Below are positions 40,596 through 51,074 of a stretch of DNA of 64,000 nucleotides, one piece after another. The notes beneath the pieces were generated by a model. The model was not told where the DNA came from, searched no databases, and was given only the letters and a program-made list of their open reading frames with translations. Numbering within the stretch: the stretch's first letter is position 1; every line of letters starts with the position of its first letter. A program made the translations under genes and the position numbers. The stretch comes from Phycisphaerae bacterium (GTDB taxonomy: Bacteria; Planctomycetota; Phycisphaerae; UBA1845). The stretch lies in contig CAXXGO010000006.1 in assembly GCA_963666835.2 (NCBI GenBank), positions 32,001 through 96,000 of the forward strand, read 5' to 3'.

Positions 40596-40969
40596 CGGAA
40601 AGCAGATCGAGCGTCATCAGGATTGGGGCGTTGGTCATCGGCCTTCCGGCGATGTTCAGCGTCGCCGCCAAAGGGGAACCAAGAGCGCACGGCGGCTCTC
40701 CCGACGGGACCGCACAGGTTCGAACATGTAAGTAGTCGTAATATTCGTTGTCTCGGCGTATATGCGGACCTATGCTCTAGCGTTCGTTGGGGGCGGTAAT
40801 TATGGGGTGGCGTCACCGATCAGGATGTCGATGGTAAGCCGGTGCCTGCGGACTGCAGATATCATCCGTAGTGGTTCGACGCTGGGTGTGTGCGCATCTC
40901 GGCGCTGGGATGCCCTGAACCAACGCGCAAAGCCGGGCTGAGCCGCGGGGCCGCCCCGCATGGGGAGGA

Positions 40970-43900
40970 GTGAACCGAATGAGGACTGAGACAGCCGGTC
41001 GACCCGGTCTCTCGTGGATTATGTTCCCGGCGTGGGGGGCAATGTTCTCGCTTGTCGCGTGTGCCGCCGGTAGCGAGGCCGGTGAGGAAGGCCTTACGGT
41101 CGAGGTTTCGTCCGGCACCGGGCTCGCAACTTTCGTCACGAAAGAGGATGGCAGCGGAATCGCTCTGCCCGCTACGGCGCAGGTCGAGCAGGATCGCCCG
41201 GCCGGCTTTCTCCGGCAATACGGTCACCTGTTCGGCGTAAGCGACTCGACCGCGGAACTTCGCGCGGTCCGGGCAAGTTCCGACAGTCTGGGCCATCGCC
41301 ACACGACCTACCAGCAGGTCTATCAAGGCGTTCCGGTCTTCTCCGGCATCCTGAAAGTCCATCAGAACGCCCTGGCGGAGGTGGCCGCGGCCAACGGTGA
41401 TTTCCACCCGATCCCTGCGGAGTTCGACATCACTCCGCGCGTGTCAAGCGAAGCGGCCGTAGCCGTTGCGATGGGTGCGATTACCGGCGACGATCCGTCG
41501 GTCGAACAATCGGAGCTGGTTATCGTCGATCCGGGTTGGTACGGCGATCCGCCGGCGGGCGTACACCTGGCGCATCACATTATTCTGGTCGATGCCCTAG
41601 CCTCGGTGGACGAGGCGTTCTTCGTAGACGCCCACACAGGGAAGATCCTGGACCAATGGTCCCTGAATCACGAATCGAGGTATCGCCGGATCTATAACGG
41701 GATGGGCGGCGAAGGACTGCCGGGCAACCTAGTTCGCGCCGAAGGTGACCCACCGGTGACGTCTCCATTCGACACCAATTATGCCTACGATTACGCGGGC
41801 GACGTGTACGACTTCTTCCACCGGGCGTTCGGCCGAGACAGTGTCGACGATCACGGACTGTATCTTGTCATTACCGTCAACTCCAAGGCCATCCAGTGCC
41901 CGAACGCCTTCTGGAGTTCCAGTCTCCTGCAGATGGCCTTCTGCAGCGGAACCGTTACCGACGACATCACCGCTCACGAGATCGGCCATGGCATCACGCA
42001 GTTTACGTCGGGGTTGATATACCAGAATCAGCCAGGACAGCTCAACGAGTCATACTCCGACATCTGGGGGGAGCTGGTCGACCTGTTCAACGGGGACACG
42101 GCCTTCCCCGGCCCTCCGGGCGGAACGCCCTGGCCCAAGGACAACGACTACGTGAACTCCGGGCTGGACACGCCTAACGCTCTGCGCACCACCACCTGTG
42201 CCGACGCCGAAGAGAGCGTTCGCTGGCTGATTGGCGAGGATGCTCACAGCTTCGGCGGGGCGATTCGGGATATGTGGAACCCGGCGTGCTTCGGTCATCC
42301 GCCTTTCGCCAACCACTCCTATCAGACGTGCAATCCGGACGATTGGGGCGGCGTGCATTCGGGCAACGGAACACCGAACCACGCCTTCGCCATTATGACG
42401 GACGGCAAGTCGTATCGCGGCTACGACGTGGCTGCGATCGGACCGATCAAGGCCGCGGCGGTCTGGTACCGAGCGGCGACCACGTATCTGACCGTCGCCG
42501 CGGACTTCCGTGACGCCTACTTCGCCTTGAATCGATCCGCGTTGGATCTGATCGGTACTGCACCATTGGACCCGCGGACGGGGCTTCCCGGCGACGTGTT
42601 CACGGCCGACGACGCGGTGCAGGTGGATCTGGCTCTGCAGGCGGTCGAGATGAACACGGACGGGCGCTGCGGCGCCTCGGCTGATCTGCTTAATCCGGAT
42701 CCCCCGGAAGAATGCGGCCAAGCCGTGGAAGTCTACGCGACGAGCTTCGACGACGGCGCTCCAGGATGGACCTTGTCCGGCATAGGCGATCCGGATACTC
42801 CTTATGATTGGTTTCTTGTGGACCAGATGCCGATCGGTCGGACCGGGCTGGCCTGGCACTGCCCCGATATCGATGACGACTGTTACGGCTCGCCGCCGCC
42901 CGACGAGTCGGCGGTCCATTCCCTGACCACCCCGCCGATTCTCTTCCCCGCGCGGACCTACCGGCCGACCCTGACGTTCACGCATCAGATTGCCAGTGAA
43001 TCCAGATACGATGGCGGCAACGTGTGGATCAGCGTCAACGACGGACCCTGGATTCTCGTGCCCTTTGCGGCGTTTACGTACAACCCGTACAGCGCGACCC
43101 TCAGAAGCGAGGCTTACGGCAACACCAACCCGATGGCAGGAAAGACGGCGTTTACCGGCGCGGGCGGTACGTGGGGTAAGTCGGTAGCAGACTTGAGCGA
43201 GTTCGTCGGCGATGACGATGTGGTTCAGTTTCGGTTCAGCTTTGGCAAGGACTCATGCGGTGGAGCCCCGGGCGGCTGGTACCTGTACGATTTCGCCGTA
43301 TATACCTGCCTGTGCGAGGAAGATGAGGATTGCGCGGACAACAACCCATGCACGGACGACTCCTGCGGCGTAGACGGCTTCTGCAATCGCATTCCCAACT
43401 TGTCCGCCTTCTGCACCGACGACAATCCCTGCACGGATGACTTCTGTGATGAGGAAGGCGTCTGCGTGAGCGTGGTCGACGAGGGCAACTTCTGCACGGA
43501 CGACAACCCCTGTACGGACGATGTCTGTGCGTCCGACGGCTCGTGCGTTTCCACCGATGACGATACCAATGAGTGTGACGACGGCGTGTTCTGCAACGGA
43601 CCGGAGGTTTGTCAAGCCGGAGAGTGCATTTACGAGACCGACCCCTGCGTAGGCTATTGCCACGAGGACGCCGACATCTGCGTGCCGATTCTCTTCTGGG
43701 ATGATTTCGAGAACGGGAACAGCCGCGGTTGGGAAATGGACAGCCCGGACAACACGGCCATCCGCGGATTTTGGGAAATCGGTGACCCGATCGGGACGGA
43801 CTACGACGGCGAGCCCTCTCAGCCGGAAGATGCCTTCGCCGGTGAGGGATGCGCCTTCACTGCTCAGAATGAGGAGGGCGTTGCCCACGATGATGTGGAC

Positions 43901-44878
43901 AGCGGCGTGGTCTATCTGGTCTCGCCGAGTATCGACCTGAGCGGCGTGGTCAACGCCCCGCTATCTTATGTGCGCTGGTATTACAACCGGGACGCCGGAG
44001 AGGACCCCGGCGACTTCTTCACCGCCGAGGTCTCGAACGACGACGGAGCGAGCTGGGTGACCTTGGAGTACCTGGACTACAACCAGAGCGTCAACACCTG
44101 GACACCGCAGATGTTCGCGCTGGAGGATTACGTCAATTTGACCGGGACCATACGGTTGCGTTTCGGCGCCAGCGACGGGCCGGGCAGCTATGTTATGGGC
44201 AGCATGGTCGAGGCTGCAATCGACGACGTTATCCTCGCCGATGAATTCGAATGCGATGAAGACGCTGACTGCGCCGACACCGACCCCTGCACGGAGGATA
44301 CGTGCGTGGCCTTCCGCTGCATCCACCCGCCGGCGGAGTGTCTCGAGGTTGTCAGTACGGTTCCGCCCGGCGGGGCGATCGATGCGCGGCAGCCGTATAC
44401 CAACCTGACCGACGGCTCAGCGATTGGCTGGGATTTGATTACCCTCGAGCCGGCCTACCCGACCACGCCGCCCGCGGCCAGTTTCACCGTCAGCGAGTTC
44501 GGCGGCGACGGGGTGCCCCCGGAGGTTGCCCAGGTGACCGCCGATGGTGACGGAGACATCACCGTCCTTTTGACCGAGCCGATGGAGCCGGGGGCGTGGA
44601 CCACGCTGAGCCACGTGCCCACGGGCTGGACCGAATGCTGGGGATACCTGCCCGGTGACGTGGACGGCGACGGCATCAGCCGCACAGACGATATTGGGGT
44701 TTTGATAAACTCGATCAACGGCACTCGCGGCCGCACCGCGTCGGACTACTCAACCGACACTAACCGCAGCGGTACGGCCGATGCGCAGGACATCCTGCGG
44801 TTGATTGATTTGCTCAACGGTGCCGGGGGGCAACGTCCGTGGTTGGAGGAACAGTTGCCGGACGACCCCTGCTCGTGA
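40970..44878 (+). CDS. secreted M4 (thermolysin-like) metalloprotease with Cys-rich repeats and C-terminal dockerin-like module
   Basis: FTP propeptide YQQVYQGVPV, NAFW, HEIGH, NESYSD, GGVH; CTDDNPCTDD repeats; PGDVDGDG...DTNRSG. Confidence 0.9.
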   Translation: MNRMRTETAGRPGLSWIMFPAWGAMFSLVACAAGSEAGEEGLTVEVSSGTGLATFVTKEDGSGIALPATAQVEQDRPAGFLRQYGHLFGVSDSTAELRAVRASSDSLGHRHTTYQQVYQGVPVFSGILKVHQNALAEVAAANGDFHPIPAEFDITPRVSSEAAVAVAMGAITGDDPSVEQSELVIVDPGWYGDPPAGVHLAHHIILVDALASVDEAFFVDAHTGKILDQWSLNHESRYRRIYNGMGGEGLPGNLVRAEGDPPVTSPFDTNYAYDYAGDVYDFFHRAFGRDSVDDHGLYLVITVNSKAIQCPNAFWSSSLLQMAFCSGTVTDDITAHEIGHGITQFTSGLIYQNQPGQLNESYSDIWGELVDLFNGDTAFPGPPGGTPWPKDNDYVNSGLDTPNALRTTTCADAEESVRWLIGEDAHSFGGAIRDMWNPACFGHPPFANHSYQTCNPDDWGGVHSGNGTPNHAFAIMTDGKSYRGYDVAAIGPIKAAAVWYRAATTYLTVAADFRDAYFALNRSALDLIGTAPLDPRTGLPGDVFTADDAVQVDLALQAVEMNTDGRCGASADLLNPDPPEECGQAVEVYATSFDDGAPGWTLSGIGDPDTPYDWFLVDQMPIGRTGLAWHCPDIDDDCYGSPPPDESAVHSLTTPPILFPARTYRPTLTFTHQIASESRYDGGNVWISVNDGPWILVPFAAFTYNPYSATLRSEAYGNTNPMAGKTAFTGAGGTWGKSVADLSEFVGDDDVVQFRFSFGKDSCGGAPGGWYLYDFAVYTCLCEEDEDCADNNPCTDDSCGVDGFCNRIPNLSAFCTDDNPCTDDFCDEEGVCVSVVDEGNFCTDDNPCTDDVCASDGSCVSTDDDTNECDDGVFCNGPEVCQAGECIYETDPCVGYCHEDADICVPILFWDDFENGNSRGWEMDSPDNTAIRGFWEIGDPIGTDYDGEPSQPEDAFAGEGCAFTAQNEEGVAHDDVDSGVVYLVSPSIDLSGVVNAPLSYVRWYYNRDAGEDPGDFFTAEVSNDDGASWVTLEYLDYNQSVNTWTPQMFALEDYVNLTGTIRLRFGASDGPGSYVMGSMVEAAIDDVILADEFECDEDADCADTDPCTEDTCVAFRCIHPPAECLEVVSTVPPGGAIDARQPYTNLTDGSAIGWDLITLEPAYPTTPPAASFTVSEFGGDGVPPEVAQVTADGDGDITVLLTEPMEPGAWTTLSHVPTGWTECWGYLPGDVDGDGISRTDDIGVLINSINGTRGRTASDYSTDTNRSGTADAQDILRLIDLLNGAGGQRPWLEEQLPDDPCS

Positions 44879-44921
44879 TCGAGTGGTGCAGCGCCGCGCG
44901 GCAATGCCCCGGCGCAAAACA

Positions 44922-44964
44922 GGGACGGGAGGCCGACGTGGCGTCCTCCCGTCCCGTTTGTTCT
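44922..44964 (+). terminator. intrinsic terminator-like hairpin
   Basis: GGGACGGGAGG...CCTCCCGTCCC followed by a T-rich tail. Confidence 0.65.
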
Positions 44965-45158
44965 TGACCAGACCGCCGCGAGGAGTATCTCGCGACTAGC
45001 TCTGGTTATTCACTCAAGCGAAATACAGGCCGCGAATCAACGTAGCGCCAGGGCTTGTCCCCGGCGTGGAAGCGCACGGTGCTTCAACGGCGTCACCCAC
45101 AAGGGGTGATGCTACAGTAAGTTATGCGCATTCGTGCGAACGTCATGAATAATCCCGA

Positions 45159-45824
45159 CTAGCCCTCGCGCTGCTTGAGCGGCTCGTGCGTGTGCGACGA
45201 GTCCATCTTCTGCTTCTCGAAGTCGAAGCCCTTGAACGTCGGGCTCTTCTCGTTGTGGCACTGCTCGCACTTGGCCTGCTCGATCTTCCACTGACCGGCC
45301 TTGACCATCTCCTCGAACTTGTACGTACGCTTCTCCTTCTTGATGTCTTTGTGGAGGTCCTTGTAAGCAGAGCCGGGGCCGTGGCAGGATTCGCAGCCCA
45401 CGCCCTCGAGGTTCTTGGCCTGCTTGACGGCTTTCTCATCAGCCGCATCGGGGATTGCGTATCCGCCCTCATGGCCGTAACCCGTCGTATGACACTTCAG
45501 GCAGCTCTCGTCCTTGGTGTAGTCTTTCGCCGGATCGAGATTGTGCGCCGTCTTGGCTTCTGCGAACTTGCCGGGCATCAGCGTGTCCATCGACTTGGCC
45601 TTACGCCCCTCTTCCCAGCTCGTGTACTGGGCCTTATGGCAGGCTTTGCACTTCTTCGAGCCGATGTACGCCGGCTCGTCGCCGGGTAGTGCCGGCAATA
45701 CTGCTGCCGCGGTCGCCACCGAGATCTCCGGACCGGCGTGAGCCGGCGAAACGAAACTCACTTGCCAGACAAACAGTCCGACACCTACGGACACGACCGC
45801 TAGGATTCCCAATCGTGCTTTCAT
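45159..45824 (-). CDS. tetraheme cytochrome c (c554-like)
   Basis: Four CxxCH motifs (CKACH, CLKCH, CESCH, CEQCH); signal peptide. Confidence 0.9.
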   Translation of the reverse strand: MKARLGILAVVSVGVGLFVWQVSFVSPAHAGPEISVATAAAVLPALPGDEPAYIGSKKCKACHKAQYTSWEEGRKAKSMDTLMPGKFAEAKTAHNLDPAKDYTKDESCLKCHTTGYGHEGGYAIPDAADEKAVKQAKNLEGVGCESCHGPGSAYKDLHKDIKKEKRTYKFEEMVKAGQWKIEQAKCEQCHNEKSPTFKGFDFEKQKMDSSHTHEPLKQREG

Positions 45825-46195
45825 GTTACTTCCCTCACAAGAAAACCGAGCCAATCAAACCGCCGCCAACGGTTAGTCGAAACGCTGCCACGTTCTCCGT
45901 GGCGGCGGATCATGATAGAGGTTCCGCACCCTCGACGCAAACGGATGCGCTCCTACTCCGGGTCCTGCTTTCGGGACACTCCGAGGGGCGCACGAGGCCT
46001 TGCCACCCGAGTCGCGAGCCGCCAAGCCCCCGGCAGGATCGCTCCGCTTCGCAGAACGGCTGTCAGACGGTATGATACGGGCTTGACCGGTTGATGGGCC
46101 GCGTTGGGGCCGAACCGGGCGCCTTAGATATGGGCGCGGCACCCTCCGTTAAAGGGGGGACGCGAACTGATTAGCATCTGACGAAAGGAACAACA

Positions 46196-46804
46196 ATGGC
46201 TACGCCATGTATTCGATTGGGTGTCGCCCTGTGCTGCTTCGGGCTGGCCGGATGTGCCACCACTACCAAGGGTAAGGACGCCGATGCGGACAAAGCGCCG
46301 GTAGTCCCCGACTACAGTATGTGCGAGGGCCGCCCGGTCGAGGTGGCGGAGGAGTTCGCCGAGGACGGCGTTCTTCTGCGGCGCGAGCACTACGTCGTGG
46401 ACGATAACGGCGAACAAATCGCGCACGGTCTGACCGAGTTTTTTTGGGAAAACGGCCAGAAGAAACTCTCCATAACCTACAACTGCGGATACAAGAACGG
46501 CATGAAAAGAACCTGGTACCGCGATGGGAGCAAATGGTCGGAAGGCGGGCACGTCGACGGGTTGGAAGACGGTCGCTGGACCACGTGGTATCAGGACGGC
46601 ACCAAGATGCGCGAGTTTACGTTGAAGCGCGGGGCATGGCACGGCTTGCACACTCTTTGGCATCCCAACGGGATGAAGAAGATGGAAGTGCAATACGTTG
46701 ACGGGCTGCGGCAGGGGCCGTTTACCATTTGGGATCCCGCGGGGACGGTCTTGAAACGGATCGACTACGTCGACGGTATCGAGCAGCCCATGCCTGGACG
46801 ATAG
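46196..46804 (+). CDS. MORN-variant repeat lipoprotein (YwqK-like)
   Basis: Lipobox LAGC; repeated W(Y/H)x(D/N)GxK...G units. Confidence 0.8.
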   Translation: MATPCIRLGVALCCFGLAGCATTTKGKDADADKAPVVPDYSMCEGRPVEVAEEFAEDGVLLRREHYVVDDNGEQIAHGLTEFFWENGQKKLSITYNCGYKNGMKRTWYRDGSKWSEGGHVDGLEDGRWTTWYQDGTKMREFTLKRGAWHGLHTLWHPNGMKKMEVQYVDGLRQGPFTIWDPAGTVLKRIDYVDGIEQPMPGR

Positions 46805-46917
46805 CCCGGGGCAAGCCGCGCTGCCCGCAACGGGCGGTGCGACACGGTCTGCGCTGGTGAGAAGTCCGCATTGGGGCACGTCGAGCTTCCAGGAGGCACC
46901 GCCGCCGAGGGTAGGTC

Positions 46918-48450
46918 ATGAGCGAAACCAGCACGATTAACACGGCGGTCTTCGCGATCTCCTTCGGGCTATACACCCTGGCCATCGTCGGGGTCGGGCT
47001 GTACTCCGCCCGGTTCTCGCGCCGGAGTGACGAGGACTACTTCCTGGCCGGACGCTCACTCGGCGGTTGGATCGCGGCGCTTTCCGCGTCCGCCTCCAGC
47101 GAATCCGGCTGGGTGACGCTTGGGCTGGTCGGGTGGGCCTTCGCCTCGGGGGTGTCCGCGTATTGGATCATTCCCGGGTGCCTGTTGGGGTTTCTCTTCA
47201 ACTGGTTCGTGCTTGCCGCCCGTTTGCGCGACCGATCGGGCGACTTGCAGGCGCTGACCATTCCAGACTTCTTCGCCTTCAGTTTCAAGGAGCGAATTCC
47301 GCTCCTGCGGACTCTCTCGGTGATCGTGATTCTGGTGGCGATGCTGCTGTACGTGGCCGCACAGTTGGCTGCGGCCGGTAAAGCGTTCTCGGCCAGTTTC
47401 GGAGGGCTCGATTACCGAGCGGGCGTGCTGATCGGAGCGGCCGTGGTGTTGCTCTACACCGTAATCGGGGGGTTTCGGGCGGTCTGTTGGACCGATTTCC
47501 TGCAAGCTCTGTTGATGGTCGGTACGTTGGTGATCTTCCCCGTGTATCTGCTGGCCAATCAAGGTGGGTACGGCTTCATTACGGATCAGCTCCAGTCTGT
47601 AGACCCGGCGCTGTTGCGGTTCATGCCGGAGAAGTCCGGCATGGCCCTATTCGGGTTCCTGCTGGGGTCCGGGGCGTTAGGTATCAACTTCGGATACCCC
47701 GGACAACCGCACGTGCTCATTCGCTTTATGGCTCTGAAAGACCGGCGCCAAGCGATCATCGGCGGAATCGTCTCGGCAATCTGGGCGGTGCTGGTGTATT
47801 GGGGGGCGGTGACCGTGGGGCTGATGGCTCGGGCGATTACCGCCGGCGGCGCGGCCTGGGGGCAAATGCTGCTCGAAGGCGAGAACTCCGAACTGGGGCT
47901 CGTGCTGTCCGCCATGCATCTTCTGCCGGAAGTCGTGGCCGGGCTGGTCCTGGCGGCGGTCTTGGCGGCGATTTGCTCCACTGCGGACAGCCAGCTTGTC
48001 GTCGCGGCCAGCTCCGCAGCCAATGATCTTTACGCCCGCCTGTTCCGCAAGAACAGCAAGGGCTCGCACATGTTGGTCAACCGGCTAACGGTGTTCACCT
48101 TGGGCGTCGGAGCGGTGCTGTTGGTGATCGACAAAGAGGTGAAAGTCTACAAGTACGTGCTGGATTACGGCTGGGCGATTCTGGGAGCTTCCTTCGGCCC
48201 GCAGTTGATCCTGCTACTGCTGTGGAAGCGAGCTTCTTATGCCGGATGCGCCGCCGGCATGGCCACCGGCTTTGCCATCGCCATCATCTGGAAGGAGTTC
48301 TTCCGTGCCGAAGAGCATGGCGGAGTGGAGATCTACAACCTGCCGTTGGCCTTCGTATCCGCTATGTTGGTTAATGTTGTGGTGAGCTTGCTCACTCCCG
48401 ATTCGAGCACGGATGTCGGCCCGGAGGCTCTGAACGTCGATCCGTCCTAG
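46918..48450 (+). CDS. putP: sodium:solute symporter (sodium/proline, PutP-like)
   Basis: DYFLAGRSLG, SASASSESGW, GGFRAVCWTD, GYPGQPH, STADSQL, GASFGP. Confidence 0.85.
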   Translation: MSETSTINTAVFAISFGLYTLAIVGVGLYSARFSRRSDEDYFLAGRSLGGWIAALSASASSESGWVTLGLVGWAFASGVSAYWIIPGCLLGFLFNWFVLAARLRDRSGDLQALTIPDFFAFSFKERIPLLRTLSVIVILVAMLLYVAAQLAAAGKAFSASFGGLDYRAGVLIGAAVVLLYTVIGGFRAVCWTDFLQALLMVGTLVIFPVYLLANQGGYGFITDQLQSVDPALLRFMPEKSGMALFGFLLGSGALGINFGYPGQPHVLIRFMALKDRRQAIIGGIVSAIWAVLVYWGAVTVGLMARAITAGGAAWGQMLLEGENSELGLVLSAMHLLPEVVAGLVLAAVLAAICSTADSQLVVAASSAANDLYARLFRKNSKGSHMLVNRLTVFTLGVGAVLLVIDKEVKVYKYVLDYGWAILGASFGPQLILLLLWKRASYAGCAAGMATGFAIAIIWKEFFRAEEHGGVEIYNLPLAFVSAMLVNVVVSLLTPDSSTDVGPEALNVDPS

Positions 48451-48554
48451 CGTCCGCGCAATGGCACTGCCTCCGGTGGGCCGTCGGCGTTGGTAACGAC
48501 TCTATCGCCGGGCACCTCTGTCATTAGTGGACTCCCTGTAGGCCGGCGTCGGGT

Positions 48555-48697
48555 GTGGGGCATGGTCGAGGAACGAAACCTGCCGCAAGGGCTATCTAAC
48601 GCACGGCTGCACGGCCGAGCTTACACCCTCGCGCTCGGCCGACCCCAAAGACCTTCATGGCCACGCAAGCGTGGACCATGGCACCCGGCACCCGGCA
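48555..48697 (+). repeat. degenerate family A REP plus intact family B hairpin (ATGGCCACGCAAGCGTGGACCATGGCACCCGG)
   Basis: Matches 31251-31282 and the intron flanks. Confidence 0.8.
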
Positions 48698-49162
48698 AGA
48701 GCATCAACGCCACACTCCTCAAACGCCCCGAGTTCGGCCGAGCGGTCATTAGGCACGTGCATAGAGGGTCATCCGGTGGAGACACTCACCACCGCCGCAA
48801 TGCACCGATATCGGAACACTTCCGCCAGCTTTGGAGTAGGCATACCCGGGTTGGCGCGCGAACGCGGACGCCCATCCCTTTTTTCTCAGAATATCGGATT
48901 TTTCGCTGGATATCTCTCAGGCCTAATGTTAGCTTGATGTTTAGCATTTCGTATGAGTGTGTCGATGCATCTACTGTCCTATCAGGCGGTGGCGTCGTGC
49001 TGTCGGAAAGGTGCTCTCATGGGTAATGGCGCAATCGGGCGTGGAGTTGACGTGGTGGTGAAGGTGTCGTCGGTTCTCGCCAGTCCGTGCCGGGAGGGTG
49101 TCAGTACTCGGCTGGATTTGCGCCGTTTGTGCCGCGAGCCCTTTCGAGCAATCATCCAAGTA

Positions 49163-49963
49163 ATGTTGTCTTCGGCAGGGGGTAAGGTCAGGTTCCTCAC
49201 CTTCGTGCTTGCTTGCTTCCTCTGCATATCTACGTTTCTTCTTGCAGGCTGCGGCCAATCACCGCGGGTTTCCGGATCCGATCTGATTCTATTGAAACTC
49301 AGGCGTCTCAAGACAGTGGTTACAACCGTGGGTGCGCACACAGACACGTTTTGCCAAGATCAATGCAAGGATGCGGACGATTATGAGCTATGCCTTCTCA
49401 CCTGCGCGTTGGATTCGCGCGTGTCTATGTTCATGGCAACTCATGAAGCCGATCCCGCCGACGCCATACTTTCCGAGAAACGCATCGAAGATACTACGGA
49501 GGATTTGTCGGTGCTGGTTGATCGGTGGCTTGAAACGGCCACCGACATTCACCTCGCCGCCGATCCGGGCAATCGTTCGGGCGCTCTTGACATGATCTCG
49601 GTTGTTTGTTATGCAGAGTTTGGCGATCGCGCGGGAGAGCTGGAGTATTCGAATCGTGGCGAGTTCTTCGCACTGGCAGTGATCGAGCGTTTGGCTGGCT
49701 TGGCTCAGGAAAACGCGGATCCTGAACTGCAAGACCGGATTGTCGATGACATCCTCAAGCTGGCTGAGCAAGGATCTCTCGACCGCGCCTTGAGCACTGT
49801 TACACGCGTAAGTCTTTTGTCGGTCGTAGCTTGTTTGGCTACCACGCCTTCGCAGCTTGATCGACTGGAGAGCGTGGTTGCGGCGCGGCCAGGTCTTGAG
49901 CAAGAGGTGGATTATGTTTCGTTCGCCATTGAGGCGCTTGGTTCTGGAGGCCAAGGGTCTTAA
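49163..49963 (+). CDS. hypothetical lipoprotein
   Basis: Long ORF; hydrophobic stretch ending LLAGC; start uncertain. Confidence 0.5.
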   Translation: MLSSAGGKVRFLTFVLACFLCISTFLLAGCGQSPRVSGSDLILLKLRRLKTVVTTVGAHTDTFCQDQCKDADDYELCLLTCALDSRVSMFMATHEADPADAILSEKRIEDTTEDLSVLVDRWLETATDIHLAADPGNRSGALDMISVVCYAEFGDRAGELEYSNRGEFFALAVIERLAGLAQENADPELQDRIVDDILKLAEQGSLDRALSTVTRVSLLSVVACLATTPSQLDRLESVVAARPGLEQEVDYVSFAIEALGSGGQGS

Positions 49964-50127
49964 GAGGTCGAGGGGAGAGACGGGCGTTGAAAGTTATCGG
50001 AAGGCGCCCACGCGGGTTTTGTTTACGAGCTTTTAAGATGAGCAGCCTTGAGAATTAGTCGAAGCATATTTCGGCTGGTGCTCGGTGGCGGTGTATCTTC
50101 TTTTGCTTGTGAGATAGGATTGACGCC

Positions 50128-50913
50128 ATGCAAGAGTATTGCTTTGGACCATGCCCCGTGATCTTGATTGCGGGGCGTCAGTGTGTACTGGCTGCTCTGC
50201 TGCTCGCAGGCGTGCTGGTCGGTTCGGCTCAGGCACAGTCAGAGGGAGAACTCGGATACGACGAGGCGTTCGAAAAGGCCTGGGAGATAAACTACGAGCT
50301 TCAGAACAGGGCCTATTCGGAAAGAGAGAACGGTACATACACCGAGGCGCTGCTCGTCGATATTGCCGAGTATTATAGGACGGGCGTTCCGAACGAGCGG
50401 GTGACTAAGACAGTGTCCCGGGAATGGGTCATTCGGCTCTACCGCGAGATGTTCAACGTCGACAACGAATCGCAGGAAGACAAGCTGAACCGAGCAGTCA
50501 GCAATGAGCACAGGCTCCATCAGTACTTGAGCAATGAGGCCGTCAGACTGTTCAGACGCCAGCTTGTCCAGTTCCTTAAGGATGCGCGGGAGGATCTTGC
50601 GCCGAATGATCCGGGAGATGAGTACACGGATGAACGTCGCGCGCTGTTGGCGCAGATTGCAGCACGCCAGCGCCGTGCTTTGATTCACTTCTGCGGGTGG
50701 ACCCTTGTATCAGAAGATGCTGTGGAGGATGAATCTCAGAAGAAGATCCTCCGTGCGGTGCCGGAGATATTGGGGTCATACGCCAACGACGAAAACGAAG
50801 AGCCGGACGTCCGTGCGGCCGCCAAGCTGGCGGCAGAGCGGATCCGTCGCGGATGTGTGGACCCTCTGGGGAACGAAGCTGCAGATTTCGCTGCACTGGC
50901 CTTGCGCCGTTAG
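50128..50913 (+). CDS. hypothetical secreted helical protein
   Basis: Signal peptide (LAALLLAGVLVGSAQA); HEAT-like C-terminus (PDVRAAAKLA). Confidence 0.6.
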   Translation: MQEYCFGPCPVILIAGRQCVLAALLLAGVLVGSAQAQSEGELGYDEAFEKAWEINYELQNRAYSERENGTYTEALLVDIAEYYRTGVPNERVTKTVSREWVIRLYREMFNVDNESQEDKLNRAVSNEHRLHQYLSNEAVRLFRRQLVQFLKDAREDLAPNDPGDEYTDERRALLAQIAARQRRALIHFCGWTLVSEDAVEDESQKKILRAVPEILGSYANDENEEPDVRAAAKLAAERIRRGCVDPLGNEAADFAALALRR

Positions 50914-51074
50914 TAGCACATGTCTTTTCCGACGCTTAGTTGTCCTTCACCTTTCGGCCTTTCTGCGCAGCGTAACGCTGGGTTCGCGTCTTCCGGAAGT
51001 AAATTGTCCTACTGGATTACCAGACCATGGCTGGCTAACCGACCCGAAGCTTCGCAGTGCTGAGCAGGTTGGAA

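Noticed and set aside
46196..46804. Toxin-antitoxin system (YwqK-like antitoxin)
   Set aside because: A MORN-variant lipoprotein with no adjacent toxin gene
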